A stretch of 64,000 nucleotides of DNA. Source: a bacterium. Its GTDB lineage: Bacteria > Patescibacteriota > Minisyncoccia > UBA6257 > 02-FULL-45-10c. Numbering within the stretch: the stretch's first letter is position 1; each line of letters starts with the position of its first letter. The position numbers and the translations under genes are program-made. The stretch covers positions 2,236-66,235 of the forward strand of contig JAUSKP010000048.1 of the NCBI GenBank assembly GCA_030646555.1, written 5' to 3'. Below the pieces are notes generated by a model that searched no databases, was not told the DNA's origin, and worked only from the letters and a program-made list of their open reading frames with translations. Of the stretch, positions 24,432 to 32,201 are shown piece after piece.

Positions 24432-26768
24432 TTACCTTATTTTTAATTTCAGTCCAGTAATTTCGGCTCTTAATTCTTCAATCTGTTTCTGCTGGTCTTG
24501 AATAGCGCCGGTCAAAATTGCTTCCATACCGGTTGGATTGTACCAATAGTATCCTTTATCATCTTGCGAGATCATTTCCGGAATAACATTTTTAACCTCT
24601 TGAGCAATAAATCCATACTTCAATCCCGGATTTGTGCCAAACTGGCTGTCGTGAAGCGCGTTCCATCTGTAAGAAACAGGGCGAAGAGCCATTATTTTAT
24701 TAAGAGACTCTCCTTTTAATTCACTATAAACATTTTTCCATCGCTGGTCAGAAGTGCTAGTCCAGGCAGTTCCCGTAGACAATCCGGCTGTTCCGACAAC
24801 ACTAAGCGCGTACGTCCCTGGCGCCGTCGTCCCAATGCCGACTTTGCCGGATGAATTTACCGTCAAAACATCACCCACTGAAGCATCGCTAACAGAAAAA
24901 TAATTCTTTCCTCCATTATAGTTTCCATAAGCGGAAGTTGGAGGCGTAAAATTAGCTGTCCATCTGGCAATCCCTTTGCTTACACGAACCTCATCTATTG
25001 CCCCGGTAAATCTTGACCCAGGGGCAGAGTCTGCGCCAAGGAAAAAGCCGGCGGTGGCGGCGTCATTGGTCGGAACCCCTGTTACGTCTTTAGTGTCTTG
25101 AAGTGCACCATCTATGTATAATTTTAGCGTGTTGCTTTGCCTAATAAAGGCGACGTGGTGCCAAGCATTATCACTGGTGTCCACCGTAGAGGTTACATCG
25201 TAGGCCGTCGCAGAGCTGTTCCAAATATACGCCCATAAATATTTCCCGCCGTAAATTTTCCAACTGGAACCGGCGCCGGTATTGTCTCCATATGCAATTA
25301 TAGGGTTAGTCCATTGACTATCCGTAGTAATCGCGCTTTTGTACCATAGATCTATAGTGAATTCGCCGCTTCCCATTTCATAGTCAACGTTATCCGTTGG
25401 TCCGGCAACATAGTCGCCTGTACCATCAAACAAAATAGAACCTGTCCCAAATTTTTGAAATGCTGTGTCAATTTGAGCGTCTGCTTGGCGCGTCATAGTT
25501 TTACTGGATTCATCGGTTATAGTAGCGGAACCGTCTGTTCCATTGGCATGGATAAGCGTTTTACTATAACTGTCATCCACACCTACTTCCGTAAATAATC
25601 CAGTATCGCGTCCTCTTACGTCAAGTGTTGATTCTGGTGTCGTCGTCCCTATGCCGACTTTGCCGGCAGTTGAAATAAATATCGTTGATGTTCCGACTGC
25701 GGTGTTTGCACTGCTAAAGTATGCAAGCTGGCCGGTAGAACCCGTCAAACTCGCGCTTCCGCCCGCGACACAAGTTCCATTTATGGCAAAACAGCCTCTT
25801 GCAACATCTATTCCGCCAGTTGAAGAAAAAGTAGATGTGGCAGTTGAAAAGTTTATGCCATTAGTATTTCCCACAGAAAACAAACTGCCGGGAGTCGTGG
25901 AGGAAATGCCGACGTTGCCGCCATTAGTGATGATTAAGTTAGTAGCCGTGGAAGAACCAATCACAAAAGCTGGACCGGTAATTCCGTTGGGATTGACAGA
26001 CAAAAGTCCCCATGGAGAAGAAGAGGCGATGCCAGTCTTGCCCTCTATTATCATTCCTGAAGTTGGCGCCGCGATAATGCCGTAAGTTGCTCCGACAGAA
26101 GCGCTGCCAGTTATACCCAGTTTGGACAGGGGCGCCGTATTTCCGATGCCGACACTACCACTTATATAAGCATTATTCCAAGGCAAAGCAGTAGTGCCGA
26201 TATCATAAAAAGTTGCGGCGCCGGGAATAAGATTAGAATCAAAAGTAGCGGCGGACACGCGGGCAATTGCCGAGCTTAAAGTGCGGGAAAAAGCGGATGC
26301 CGGATTAGTGGTGTTGTAGCTCAAAGTCAGATCAATTTGCACGGAATCATGCCCTGAATATCCGGAAACTTTTAAAAAGTTAACTGCGTCGGCAACAACA
26401 CTGCTATTGGTAAGCGGTTGGGGAGTGCCGTTAGCTTCTTCTTTATAAACTATGCCGTTTAAAATATAAAATTCCGTAGGATTTTTGGTATCGTCTTTAA
26501 ATCTCAAAACTAAAGTGGAGGTGGAAGTGCCGGCGTCTATATCAATGACAGAAGAATCCCTAATAGATCTCTGCATATTTTGCAGGGTGAAATTAAGCTG
26601 TTCATTGACTTCTATGACGGCAGTTTGCCTGCTTTTAATTTTTGTAGTGTCAATCAGAACGCCGGATAAAACTGCTCCTGTGGCGCCTAAGATGGCGGTA
26701 TAAATTAAAACTTCCATGAGGGTAAAACCACCTATTTTTTTATTTGTAGTCATAGATATATTATACAA
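24432..26768 (-). CDS. type IV pilin-like protein with tail-fibre-like repeats, LamG-like domain and C-terminal S74 intramolecular-chaperone (auto-cleaving) domain
   Basis: N-terminal class-III signal KKIGG|FTLMEVLI with Glu at +5. Gly/Ser/Thr-rich repeats of the GKVGIGTTTPESTLDVRG type. LamG-like segment (WHHVAFIRQSNTLKLYIDG...AIDEVRVSKGIARW). C-terminal ...STSDQRWKNVYSEL...LRPVSYRWN...GFIAQEVKNVIPEM...IQDQQKQIEELRAEI matches the phage tail-spike/endosialidase chaperone domain. Confidence 0.8.
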   Translation of the reverse strand: MYNISMTTNKKIGGFTLMEVLIYTAILGATGAVLSGVLIDTTKIKSRQTAVIEVNEQLNFTLQNMQRSIRDSSVIDIDAGTSTSTLVLRFKDDTKNPTEFYILNGIVYKEEANGTPQPLTNSSVVADAVNFLKVSGYSGHDSVQIDLTLSYNTTNPASAFSRTLSSAIARVSAATFDSNLIPGAATFYDIGTTALPWNNAYISGSVGIGNTAPLSKLGITGSASVGATYGIIAAPTSGMIIEGKTGIASSSPWGLLSVNPNGITGPAFVIGSSTATNLIITNGGNVGISSTTPGSLFSVGNTNGINFSTATSTFSSTGGIDVARGCFAINGTCVAGGSASLTGSTGQLAYFSSANTAVGTSTIFISTAGKVGIGTTTPESTLDVRGRDTGLFTEVGVDDSYSKTLIHANGTDGSATITDESSKTMTRQADAQIDTAFQKFGTGSILFDGTGDYVAGPTDNVDYEMGSGEFTIDLWYKSAITTDSQWTNPIIAYGDNTGAGSSWKIYGGKYLWAYIWNSSATAYDVTSTVDTSDNAWHHVAFIRQSNTLKLYIDGALQDTKDVTGVPTNDAATAGFFLGADSAPGSRFTGAIDEVRVSKGIARWTANFTPPTSAYGNYNGGKNYFSVSDASVGDVLTVNSSGKVGIGTTAPGTYALSVVGTAGLSTGTAWTSTSDQRWKNVYSELKGESLNKIMALRPVSYRWNALHDSQFGTNPGLKYGFIAQEVKNVIPEMISQDDKGYYWYNPTGMEAILTGAIQDQQKQIEELRAEITGLKLKIR

Positions 26769-26782
26769 TAATATTAGGTTAA

Positions 26783-26836
26783 GGAATATAGAATTTAGAA
26801 TATTGAATATAGAATAGGAATAGAGAATGTTGAATT
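26783..26836. repeat. AT-rich GAATATAGAAT-type low-complexity repeat (inverted copy at 27236-27275; similar motif at 34088-34135)
   Basis: AGAATATTGAATATAGAATA here versus the reverse complement of 27245-27270 (AGAATATTGAATACAGAATA) gives 19/20 identity. The two copies flank the four-helix-bundle gene. Confidence 0.5.
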
Positions 26837-27225
26837 TAAGATTCGTATCTTTTCTGGCGAGTAGCTTGCAATAAGCCTGTAAGAAGTTTATTGGCTATAA
26901 TTGATTGCTCAGCGCATTCGTCAAAATATTCTTTTGATAAATAACCAACATCCTTAGCAATTAAAAGCTGGTTTTGAAGCTCAGTCATTGAACCCTTAGC
27001 GTTGCTGTAGAAATAATGTTTTTCTTTTGAGGACCTTCTGCTAAAACCCTCGGCAATATTAGAAGTAAAAGAAACTACAGCTCTTCTCATTTGATCTGTG
27101 AGTCCATATTTTTCTTCTGAAGGAAAGTTTTTAGTTTCCTTATAAATCATCAAAACTAGTTTGTGTCCTTCCTGCCAAACTAATAAATCGGTAAATCTTT
27201 GAATTTTCTTAATTTCCTTATTCAT
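26836..27225 (-). CDS. four-helix-bundle protein (23S rRNA IVS-protein family, TIGR02436-like)
   Basis: 129 aa; LLVWQ....L...IY..T..FP..E.YGLTDQMRRA..S...NIAEGF.R.S..E...F...A.GS..E; family assignment from memory of the conserved pattern. Confidence 0.6.
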   Translation of the reverse strand: MNKEIKKIQRFTDLLVWQEGHKLVLMIYKETKNFPSEEKYGLTDQMRRAVVSFTSNIAEGFSRRSSKEKHYFYSNAKGSMTELQNQLLIAKDVGYLSKEYFDECAEQSIIANKLLTGLLQATRQKRYES

Positions 27226-27235
27226 AGTTTTAGTT

Positions 27236-27275
27236 TTTTATTCTATATTCTATATTCTGTATTCAATATTCTCAT
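27236..27275. repeat. inverted partner of the 26783-26836 AT-rich repeat
   Basis: TTCTATATTCTATATTCTGTATTCAATATTCTC; see the 26783-26836 feature. Confidence 0.5.
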
Positions 27276-27970
27276 TATACCCCAGAGGGGTCCGTGAAAA
27301 AGATAACCAAAGTTTTAAAAAGAATTTTAATATCTAGCCATAAAGACTGATTTTCCAAATAATATTTGTCGTATTCTAATTCCTTAAGAAAGGGGAGTCC
27401 TGAAGCGCCATTCACTTGAGATAGGCCGGTCAAGCCCGTTTTTGCCGCAAGAAGCTCGCGATATTCTCTGGGGTAAGCAAATAGTTCTTCCGGTTCGTGC
27501 GGCCTTGGGCCGACCAAAGAAAGCTCTCCTTTTAAAACATTTATTAATTGCGGAAGCTCATCTAATCTGAATTTTCTTAAAAACCTGCCAACTTTTGTAA
27601 TGCGGGGATCATTTTTTATCTTAAAGAATGGCCCGTCCTTGCGCTCATTTAAGCTTAATAAATCTTTCTTTTGTTTTTCAGCGCCTAAAACCATGGATCT
27701 GAATTTATACACTTTGATTATTTTTCCTTCGCTTATTCTGTCTAGTTTTATTAAAATCGGACTATTTGTCATTTTTGCGAAAAATCCCCCTTCATCCCCC
27801 TTTATAAAGGGGGAAAGAGGGGGATTAGGATTTGTTAATATTTGGGACATCGGAAGTCCAAGAAAAGAATCCATTTTTATGGCCAGCGCGATGAACGGAA
27901 AGAACGGAAGCAAAATAATTAGACCTATTAATGAGCCAAGTATGTCAATTAGTCTTTTTATGATAAACAT
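27275..27970 (-). CDS. initiating sugar transferase (bacterial sugar transferase / WbaP-WcaJ C-terminal domain family) with in-frame palindrome insertion
   Basis: N-terminal TM, KVYKFRSM, LSLVGPRPHEPEE..., LTGLSQVNG signature. Extra segment FLGLPMSQILTNPNPPLSPFIKGDEGG between the conserved AIK.DS and FF...KFRSM positions. Confidence 0.8.
   Translation of the reverse strand: MFIIKRLIDILGSLIGLIILLPFFPFIALAIKMDSFLGLPMSQILTNPNPPLSPFIKGDEGGFFAKMTNSPILIKLDRISEGKIIKVYKFRSMVLGAEKQKKDLLSLNERKDGPFFKIKNDPRITKVGRFLRKFRLDELPQLINVLKGELSLVGPRPHEPEELFAYPREYRELLAAKTGLTGLSQVNGASGLPFLKELEYDKYYLENQSLWLDIKILFKTLVIFFTDPSGV
27783..27826. repeat. 44-nt nested perfect palindrome inside the sugar transferase coding region
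   Basis: AATCCCCC-ttcat-CCCCCTTTATAAAGGGGG-aaaga-GGGGGATT. The reverse complement translates in-frame to NPPLSPFIKGDEGG. Confidence 0.85.
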
Positions 27971-27992
27971 TTTTTAATTATATACTATTATT

Positions 27993-28192
27993 GTTAATAA
28001 TTTTAAATTACAAATTTTAAATTTTTAATCAATACCCAATTACTAAATTTAAATGAATAAACAAAAACAAGGAAGGGTTTACGGGTCTATGTTATAATTT
28101 TGAAATCAAAAAAGATGAAATAAATGTTAGAACCTGTTTTTAAATTTAGATATTACTGTTTTAAAATTGATTTAAAATTTGTAATTTTAAAT
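27993..28192. repeat. inverted AT-rich repeats (TTTAAATTACAAATTTTAAA / TTTAAAATTTGTAATTTTAAA) bracketing the divergent promoter region between the sugar transferase and GT4 genes
   Basis: Arms at 27993-28013 and 28172-28192. An extended -10 TGTTATAAT at 28091-28099 lies between them. Confidence 0.45.
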
Positions 28193-28206
28193 TTAATATT
28201 TATTAT

Positions 28207-29685
28207 ATGCGCGTTGCAATCATTCACGATTATCTAAATCAATATGGCGGAGCGGAAAGAGTACTTGAAGCTTTTTGCGAGCTTTTTCCTGATGCGCCAA
28301 TCTATACTCTTTTTTACGATGAGGAAAAAACACTCGGGAGATTTAAAGACAAGGATATTAGAACAAGTTTTTTGGATATGAACTGGATTGCCACGTCTCA
28401 CCTGTCCGAAGCTTTACGCGAAGGAGGGTCGCAGGCTTTCCCGATTGCAAAGCAATCGAGGATCCTCGATAAAGTCGGGACTCGCAATGACAGAAAGGGG
28501 GAACTGGATTCCCGCTTTCGCGGGAATGACAGAGAGATTGCTTCGGCGCAGACTTCTCGCAATGACGGAATGGAAGCGGGAATAGTGGAAAAGAAAGGCG
28601 GAATCTTTCATAAATTTGTAATAAATAATCACAGGCTTTTTATCCCGCTAATGCCTATCGCCGCTTCGCTTATGAAAGTTGACGATGACTACGATGTGGT
28701 TTTATCTTCTAGCGCCGGATTCGGAAAGGGGATGAGAGTCGGGAAAAACACTATCCATATTTCTTATTGCCATACGCCCCTGCGTTACGCCTGGGAACAT
28801 TACAAATATTTTAATTGGCAAACTTATTTAAAAATTTTATCTGCCCCGGCTTTTTGGTATTTAAGAATATGGGATAAGTGGGTTGGACGAAAACCGCAAA
28901 AACTAATCGCCAATTCCAAATATATCTCCGAAAAAATAAAAAAATATTATAAAAGAGAGGCGGAAGTAATTTATCCGCCGGTAGATACCGAAAAATTCTG
29001 CGTCAAACCGAAAGTCAAAAAAGGGGATTATTTTTTGGCTGTCGGCAGGCTTATTCACTACAAAAAATTTGACCTGATCATTCGGGCATTCAATAAATTG
29101 AATTTGCCGCTTTTAATAATCGGCAATGGTCCGGAATTGGAAAATTTAAAACAATTAGCTAAATCCCCCCGCCTTCGCCCCGACTTCGCGAATGTTTCGC
29201 CGGGCAAACAAGGCTCCCTCCTTCGCCAAGGCTATGGCGGGCAAGCTGGCGGGCAAAGTAAAATAGAGTTTTTAACTTCCATAACCGATGAGCAATTAAT
29301 TCTTTTATATAATGGCGCGCAAGCTTTTATTTTTCCTCAGGTAGAAGATTTTGGACTGGTGGCCGCTGAAGCGCAGGCTTGCGGAACGCCGGTAATAGCC
29401 CTAAACCAAGGCGGTGGAAGAGAAATAGTTGAAGACGGCAAAACCGGCATTTTGTTTAACAATCAAAATGTAGATGATCTGATTATGGCGGTAAAAAGAT
29501 TCACCCTGTTAAATAATTTCGCTTTTAGAGAAATTCCCGCAAGAGCGGGATTTAACAGGGTAAAAATAAAGCAATTTGACCAAAAATTGATCCGTGAATC
29601 TGCGCTGCGATTTTCTAAAAATAAATTTAAAAAAGCGATATTGAAGGCGGTTTATGAAGCAAGGAATGCGTCATCCCGTACTTGA
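28207..29685 (+). CDS. GT4-family glycosyltransferase carrying repeat-derived in-frame insertions
   Basis: N-terminal MRVAIIHDYLNQYGGAERV, C-terminal GT-B motifs (E..G....EA.ACG.PVIA). Two internal segments and the C-terminal NASSRT-stop are encoded by A/B/C-family repeat units. Confidence 0.8.
   Translation: MRVAIIHDYLNQYGGAERVLEAFCELFPDAPIYTLFYDEEKTLGRFKDKDIRTSFLDMNWIATSHLSEALREGGSQAFPIAKQSRILDKVGTRNDRKGELDSRFRGNDREIASAQTSRNDGMEAGIVEKKGGIFHKFVINNHRLFIPLMPIAASLMKVDDDYDVVLSSSAGFGKGMRVGKNTIHISYCHTPLRYAWEHYKYFNWQTYLKILSAPAFWYLRIWDKWVGRKPQKLIANSKYISEKIKKYYKREAEVIYPPVDTEKFCVKPKVKKGDYFLAVGRLIHYKKFDLIIRAFNKLNLPLLIIGNGPELENLKQLAKSPRLRPDFANVSPGKQGSLLRQGYGGQAGGQSKIEFLTSITDEQLILLYNGAQAFIFPQVEDFGLVAAEAQACGTPVIALNQGGGREIVEDGKTGILFNNQNVDDLIMAVKRFTLLNNFAFREIPARAGFNRVKIKQFDQKLIRESALRFSKNKFKKAILKAVYEARNASSRT
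28385..28585. repeat. tandem B-long, A and B repeat units inserted in-frame in the GT4 gene (about 67 aa)
   Basis: GATTGCCACG...CTCGCAATGACA (109 nt), then GGATTCCCGCTTTCGCGGGAATGACA, then GATTGCTTCGGCGCAGACTTCTCGCAATGACGG. Encodes ...LDSRFRGNDREIASAQTSRNDG.... Confidence 0.85.
29163..29258. repeat. C-family GC-rich hairpin repeat inserted in-frame in GT4 (encodes SPRLRPDFANVSPGKQGSLLRQGYGGQAGGQS)
   Basis: CCGCCTTCGCC...CTCCTTCGCCAAGGCTATGGCGGGCAAGCTGGCGGGCAAAG resembles the 32694-32749 and 33205-33235 units. Interrupts the conserved GT-B region between LKQLAK and KIEFL. Confidence 0.7.
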
Positions 29686-29758
29686 TACGGGATCCAGGTC
29701 GAGGACTGGATTCCAAATCAAGTTTGGAATGACAGAGGGAGAAATGCTCGCAATGACA
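29669..29758. repeat. composite A/A/B-remnant element overlapping the GT4 stop codon
   Basis: GTCATCCCGTACTTGATACGGGATCC (the GT4 TGA stop lies in the hairpin loop) ... GGATTCCAAATCAAGTTTGGAATGACA ... GCTCGCAATGACAGA. Confidence 0.8.
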
Positions 29759-29764
29759 GAAAAT

Positions 29765-29799
29765 TTGACAAATAGGTGAAATTAGTGTATTTTATACAT
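29765..29799 (+). promoter_or_regulatory. sigma70-type promoter with operator-like palindrome, sibling of 21154-21186
   Basis: TTGACAAATAGGTGAAATTAGTGTATTTTATACAT; about 30/38 identity to the 21153 module, including the GTGTAT.TTATACA core. Confidence 0.6.
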
Positions 29800-29827
29800 A
29801 GTTCATTCAACCTTTAGGAGGGGAAAA

Positions 29828-30082
29828 TTGATAGAAACAATAAAAGAAGAAGAGGTAAAGATAAATACCAAGAGCGGGATTGTCGGAAAAACAATAAGCG
29901 AAATTGAGAAAGAATTCCAGGTTTGCATAGTGGAATTAAAAAATCTCAGCGATCGCGCATTCGTGTTTTCGTGGGAGGAAAAACCTGAAAAATCCACAAC
30001 TATCAAACCGGAAGACGAGATAGTTGTTTCCGGAGAACCGTTGAATATCAAGCAGTTTTCCAAGGCCGCCTCTCTGAATTAA
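29828..30082 (+). CDS. stand-alone TrkA-C (RCK C-terminal)-like domain protein, TTG start
   Basis: 84 aa; G.IVGKTISEIE....V.IV.....R.......P...I..GD.I.V.G; RBS AGGAGGGG upstream; followed by a strong terminator. Confidence 0.5.
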   Translation: MIETIKEEEVKINTKSGIVGKTISEIEKEFQVCIVELKNLSDRAFVFSWEEKPEKSTTIKPEDEIVVSGEPLNIKQFSKAASLN

Positions 30083-30088
30083 GAGAAG

Positions 30089-30128
30089 CACCCCCTCACT
30101 CATATAGAGTGAGGGGGTTTTATTTTTA
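30089..30128 (+). terminator. rho-independent terminator
   Basis: CACCCCCTCACTC-atatag-AGTGAGGGGGT followed by TTTATTTTTAT. Confidence 0.8.
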
Positions 30129-30155
30129 TATCATTTTTCTTCCTTTCTGTTTGTT

Positions 30156-30298
30156 TGTCATTCCTGCGAAAGCAGGAATCCATGTTTTTAGTTCATAATC
30201 TCTGGATTCCGGGTCAAGCCCGGAATGACAGATATGAGTAGATTGCTTCCTCCTTCGCATGGCTTCGGACGGACAAGTCGGCGGCACTCGCAATGACG
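30156..30298. repeat. composite palindromic element (A fwd, A rev, B-long rev with internal C hairpin)
   Basis: TGTCATTCCTGCGAAAGCAGGAATCC ... GGATTCCGGGTCAAGCCCGGAATGACA ... GATTGCTTCCTCCTTCGCATGGCTTCGGACGGACAAGTCGGCGGCACTCGCAATGACGG. Confidence 0.8.
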
Positions 30299-30362
30299 GA
30301 AAGACAACAAAAATGACATAGAGAAACTTCATTTTTTGTTCATTTTAAGTTAAAATCTATAA

Positions 30363-32192
30363 ATGTTAGAAAATATCAGAAATTTCTGTATAATCGCGCA
30401 TATTGACCACGGCAAATCCACATTAGCCGATAGACTTTTGGAATTCACCGGCACGATTGAAAAGAGAAAAATGAAAGCCCAATATCTGGACCAAATGGAT
30501 CTTGAAAGAGAACGCGGTATTACCATTAAAATGACACCGGTCCGGATGAAATATAAGTATAATGATACTGAGTACACCCTTAACTTAATTGATACCCCGG
30601 GGCACAGCGATTTTTCCTATGAAGTTTCCCGCGCTTTAGCGGCGGTAGACGGCGCTATTTTACTAGTAGACGCTTCCCAGGGAATACAAGCCCAAACATT
30701 GGCCAACTATAATCATGCTAAAAAAGCAGGACTAAAAATAATCGGCGCCATAAACAAAATAGATCTGAATCCGTACGGGGTGGAAGAAATAGCAAAAAGC
30801 ATCAGTGAATTAACCGGGGAAAATCCGGATGATATCCTAAAAGTTTCGGGTAAAACCGGCCAGGGCGTGGAAGAGCTTTTAAAGGTAGTGATAGAAAAAA
30901 TTCCTGCTCCTAAAAAAGCTTTGATCTCGGAAAAGATCTTTGATAAGGATATTTTTCAGGCTTTGATATTCGATTCTTTTTATCATGAACATAAAGGCAT
31001 CGTTGCCAATGTCAGAGTCTTTAACGGATCCTTAAAAAGAGAAGGCGAGGCATATTTGGTTGCCGCTCAGAATAAATTCAAAGTAAAAGAGCTCGGACAT
31101 TTTTCTCCAGAATTAAAAAATGATGAGATCATAGAAGCCGGACAGATTGGCTATATTGCCACAGGACTTAAAGATCCGGAGATCTTGAAAATAGGCGACA
31201 CTATAATCAGCAGTGATCAGAGGCTAACAGAAGAAGATGTGAGATCACTGGCGCTTTCCGGCTATAAGGACCCTCAGCCGGTTGTTTTCGTGTCTTTCTA
31301 TCCGGACGAAGCTGATGATTACGAAAATTTAAAAACCGCTTTGGGAAAATTGAAACTAAATGATTCCGCGCTTAAATTTGAAGCGGACTTTAATGAATTT
31401 CTGGGAAGGGGATTCAAGGGCGGATTTTTAGGAAGACTTCACTTTGAAATAACCGCCGAAAGACTTGAACGTGAATTTAATTTACGAACCGTAAACAGCT
31501 TTCCATCTGTTTCTTATAAAGTTAAAACCAGGAATGAGAAATGGATAACTGTGGACACGCCCAAAGATTTTCCAGAAGATCACCTAGAAGTATTGGAGCC
31601 TTTGGCAAACATTGAAATAATAACCCCATCAAATTATTTAGGCGCGGTTTTGGGGTTGCAGCAAAGTTTTAAATTAAGAGATATAAACACCCGCTCTCTA
31701 GGAAATTCTGTAATTTTAGACGGGATTTTGCCAGTTGCCGAACTTATCAGGGATTTTGATGACCAATTAAAATCTGTTTCGGCTGGATACGCTTCATTAA
31801 GTTATGAGGTTTCCGGTTATAAAAAAGCTCAAGTGGTAAAACTGGAAATTTTAGTTGCCGAACATAACATTGGCGGACTCACGCGCATTGTTTATAAAGA
31901 TGATATGGATAGGGAAGCCAGAAAAACCGTGGAAAGACTAAAAGAACTTTTGCCCGCTCAACAATTTTCTCAAGCTATACAAGCCACTATCGGAAGCAAA
32001 ATCATTGCCAGAGAAACTATTCCGGCTATGAAAAAAGAGCTTGGTAATTTCGGAAAAAATGGCGGAGACAGGACCAGGAAAATGAAGCTCTGGAAAAAAC
32101 AGCAAAGGGGCAAGGAACGGCTTAAAGAAAGGGGCATTAAGAGTAAAATAGATATTCCGGCTAGGATATTTAAAGAATTACTGAAGAAATAG
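30363..32192 (+). CDS. lepA: elongation factor 4 (LepA)
   Basis: NFCIIAHIDHGKSTLADRLL; G-domain motifs DTPGH, NKID; LepA-specific C-terminal domain; 609 aa. Confidence 0.9.
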   Translation: MLENIRNFCIIAHIDHGKSTLADRLLEFTGTIEKRKMKAQYLDQMDLERERGITIKMTPVRMKYKYNDTEYTLNLIDTPGHSDFSYEVSRALAAVDGAILLVDASQGIQAQTLANYNHAKKAGLKIIGAINKIDLNPYGVEEIAKSISELTGENPDDILKVSGKTGQGVEELLKVVIEKIPAPKKALISEKIFDKDIFQALIFDSFYHEHKGIVANVRVFNGSLKREGEAYLVAAQNKFKVKELGHFSPELKNDEIIEAGQIGYIATGLKDPEILKIGDTIISSDQRLTEEDVRSLALSGYKDPQPVVFVSFYPDEADDYENLKTALGKLKLNDSALKFEADFNEFLGRGFKGGFLGRLHFEITAERLEREFNLRTVNSFPSVSYKVKTRNEKWITVDTPKDFPEDHLEVLEPLANIEIITPSNYLGAVLGLQQSFKLRDINTRSLGNSVILDGILPVAELIRDFDDQLKSVSAGYASLSYEVSGYKKAQVVKLEILVAEHNIGGLTRIVYKDDMDREARKTVERLKELLPAQQFSQAIQATIGSKIIARETIPAMKKELGNFGKNGGDRTRKMKLWKKQQRGKERLKERGIKSKIDIPARIFKELLKK

Positions 32193-32201
32193 TCTTTTTT
32201 C

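Noticed and set aside
28388-28632. ORFs 28388-28585 (+) and 28414-28632 (-) from the six-frame track
   Set aside because: Composed entirely of A/B repeat units inside the GT4 gene; the IPAKAGIQ / SRFRGNDR / AFAGMT peptides are alternate-frame read-outs of the repeat.
30126-30332. ORF 30126-30332 (-), 68 aa
   Set aside because: Lies wholly within composite repeat element 30156-30298; no RBS; peptide is a repeat read-out.
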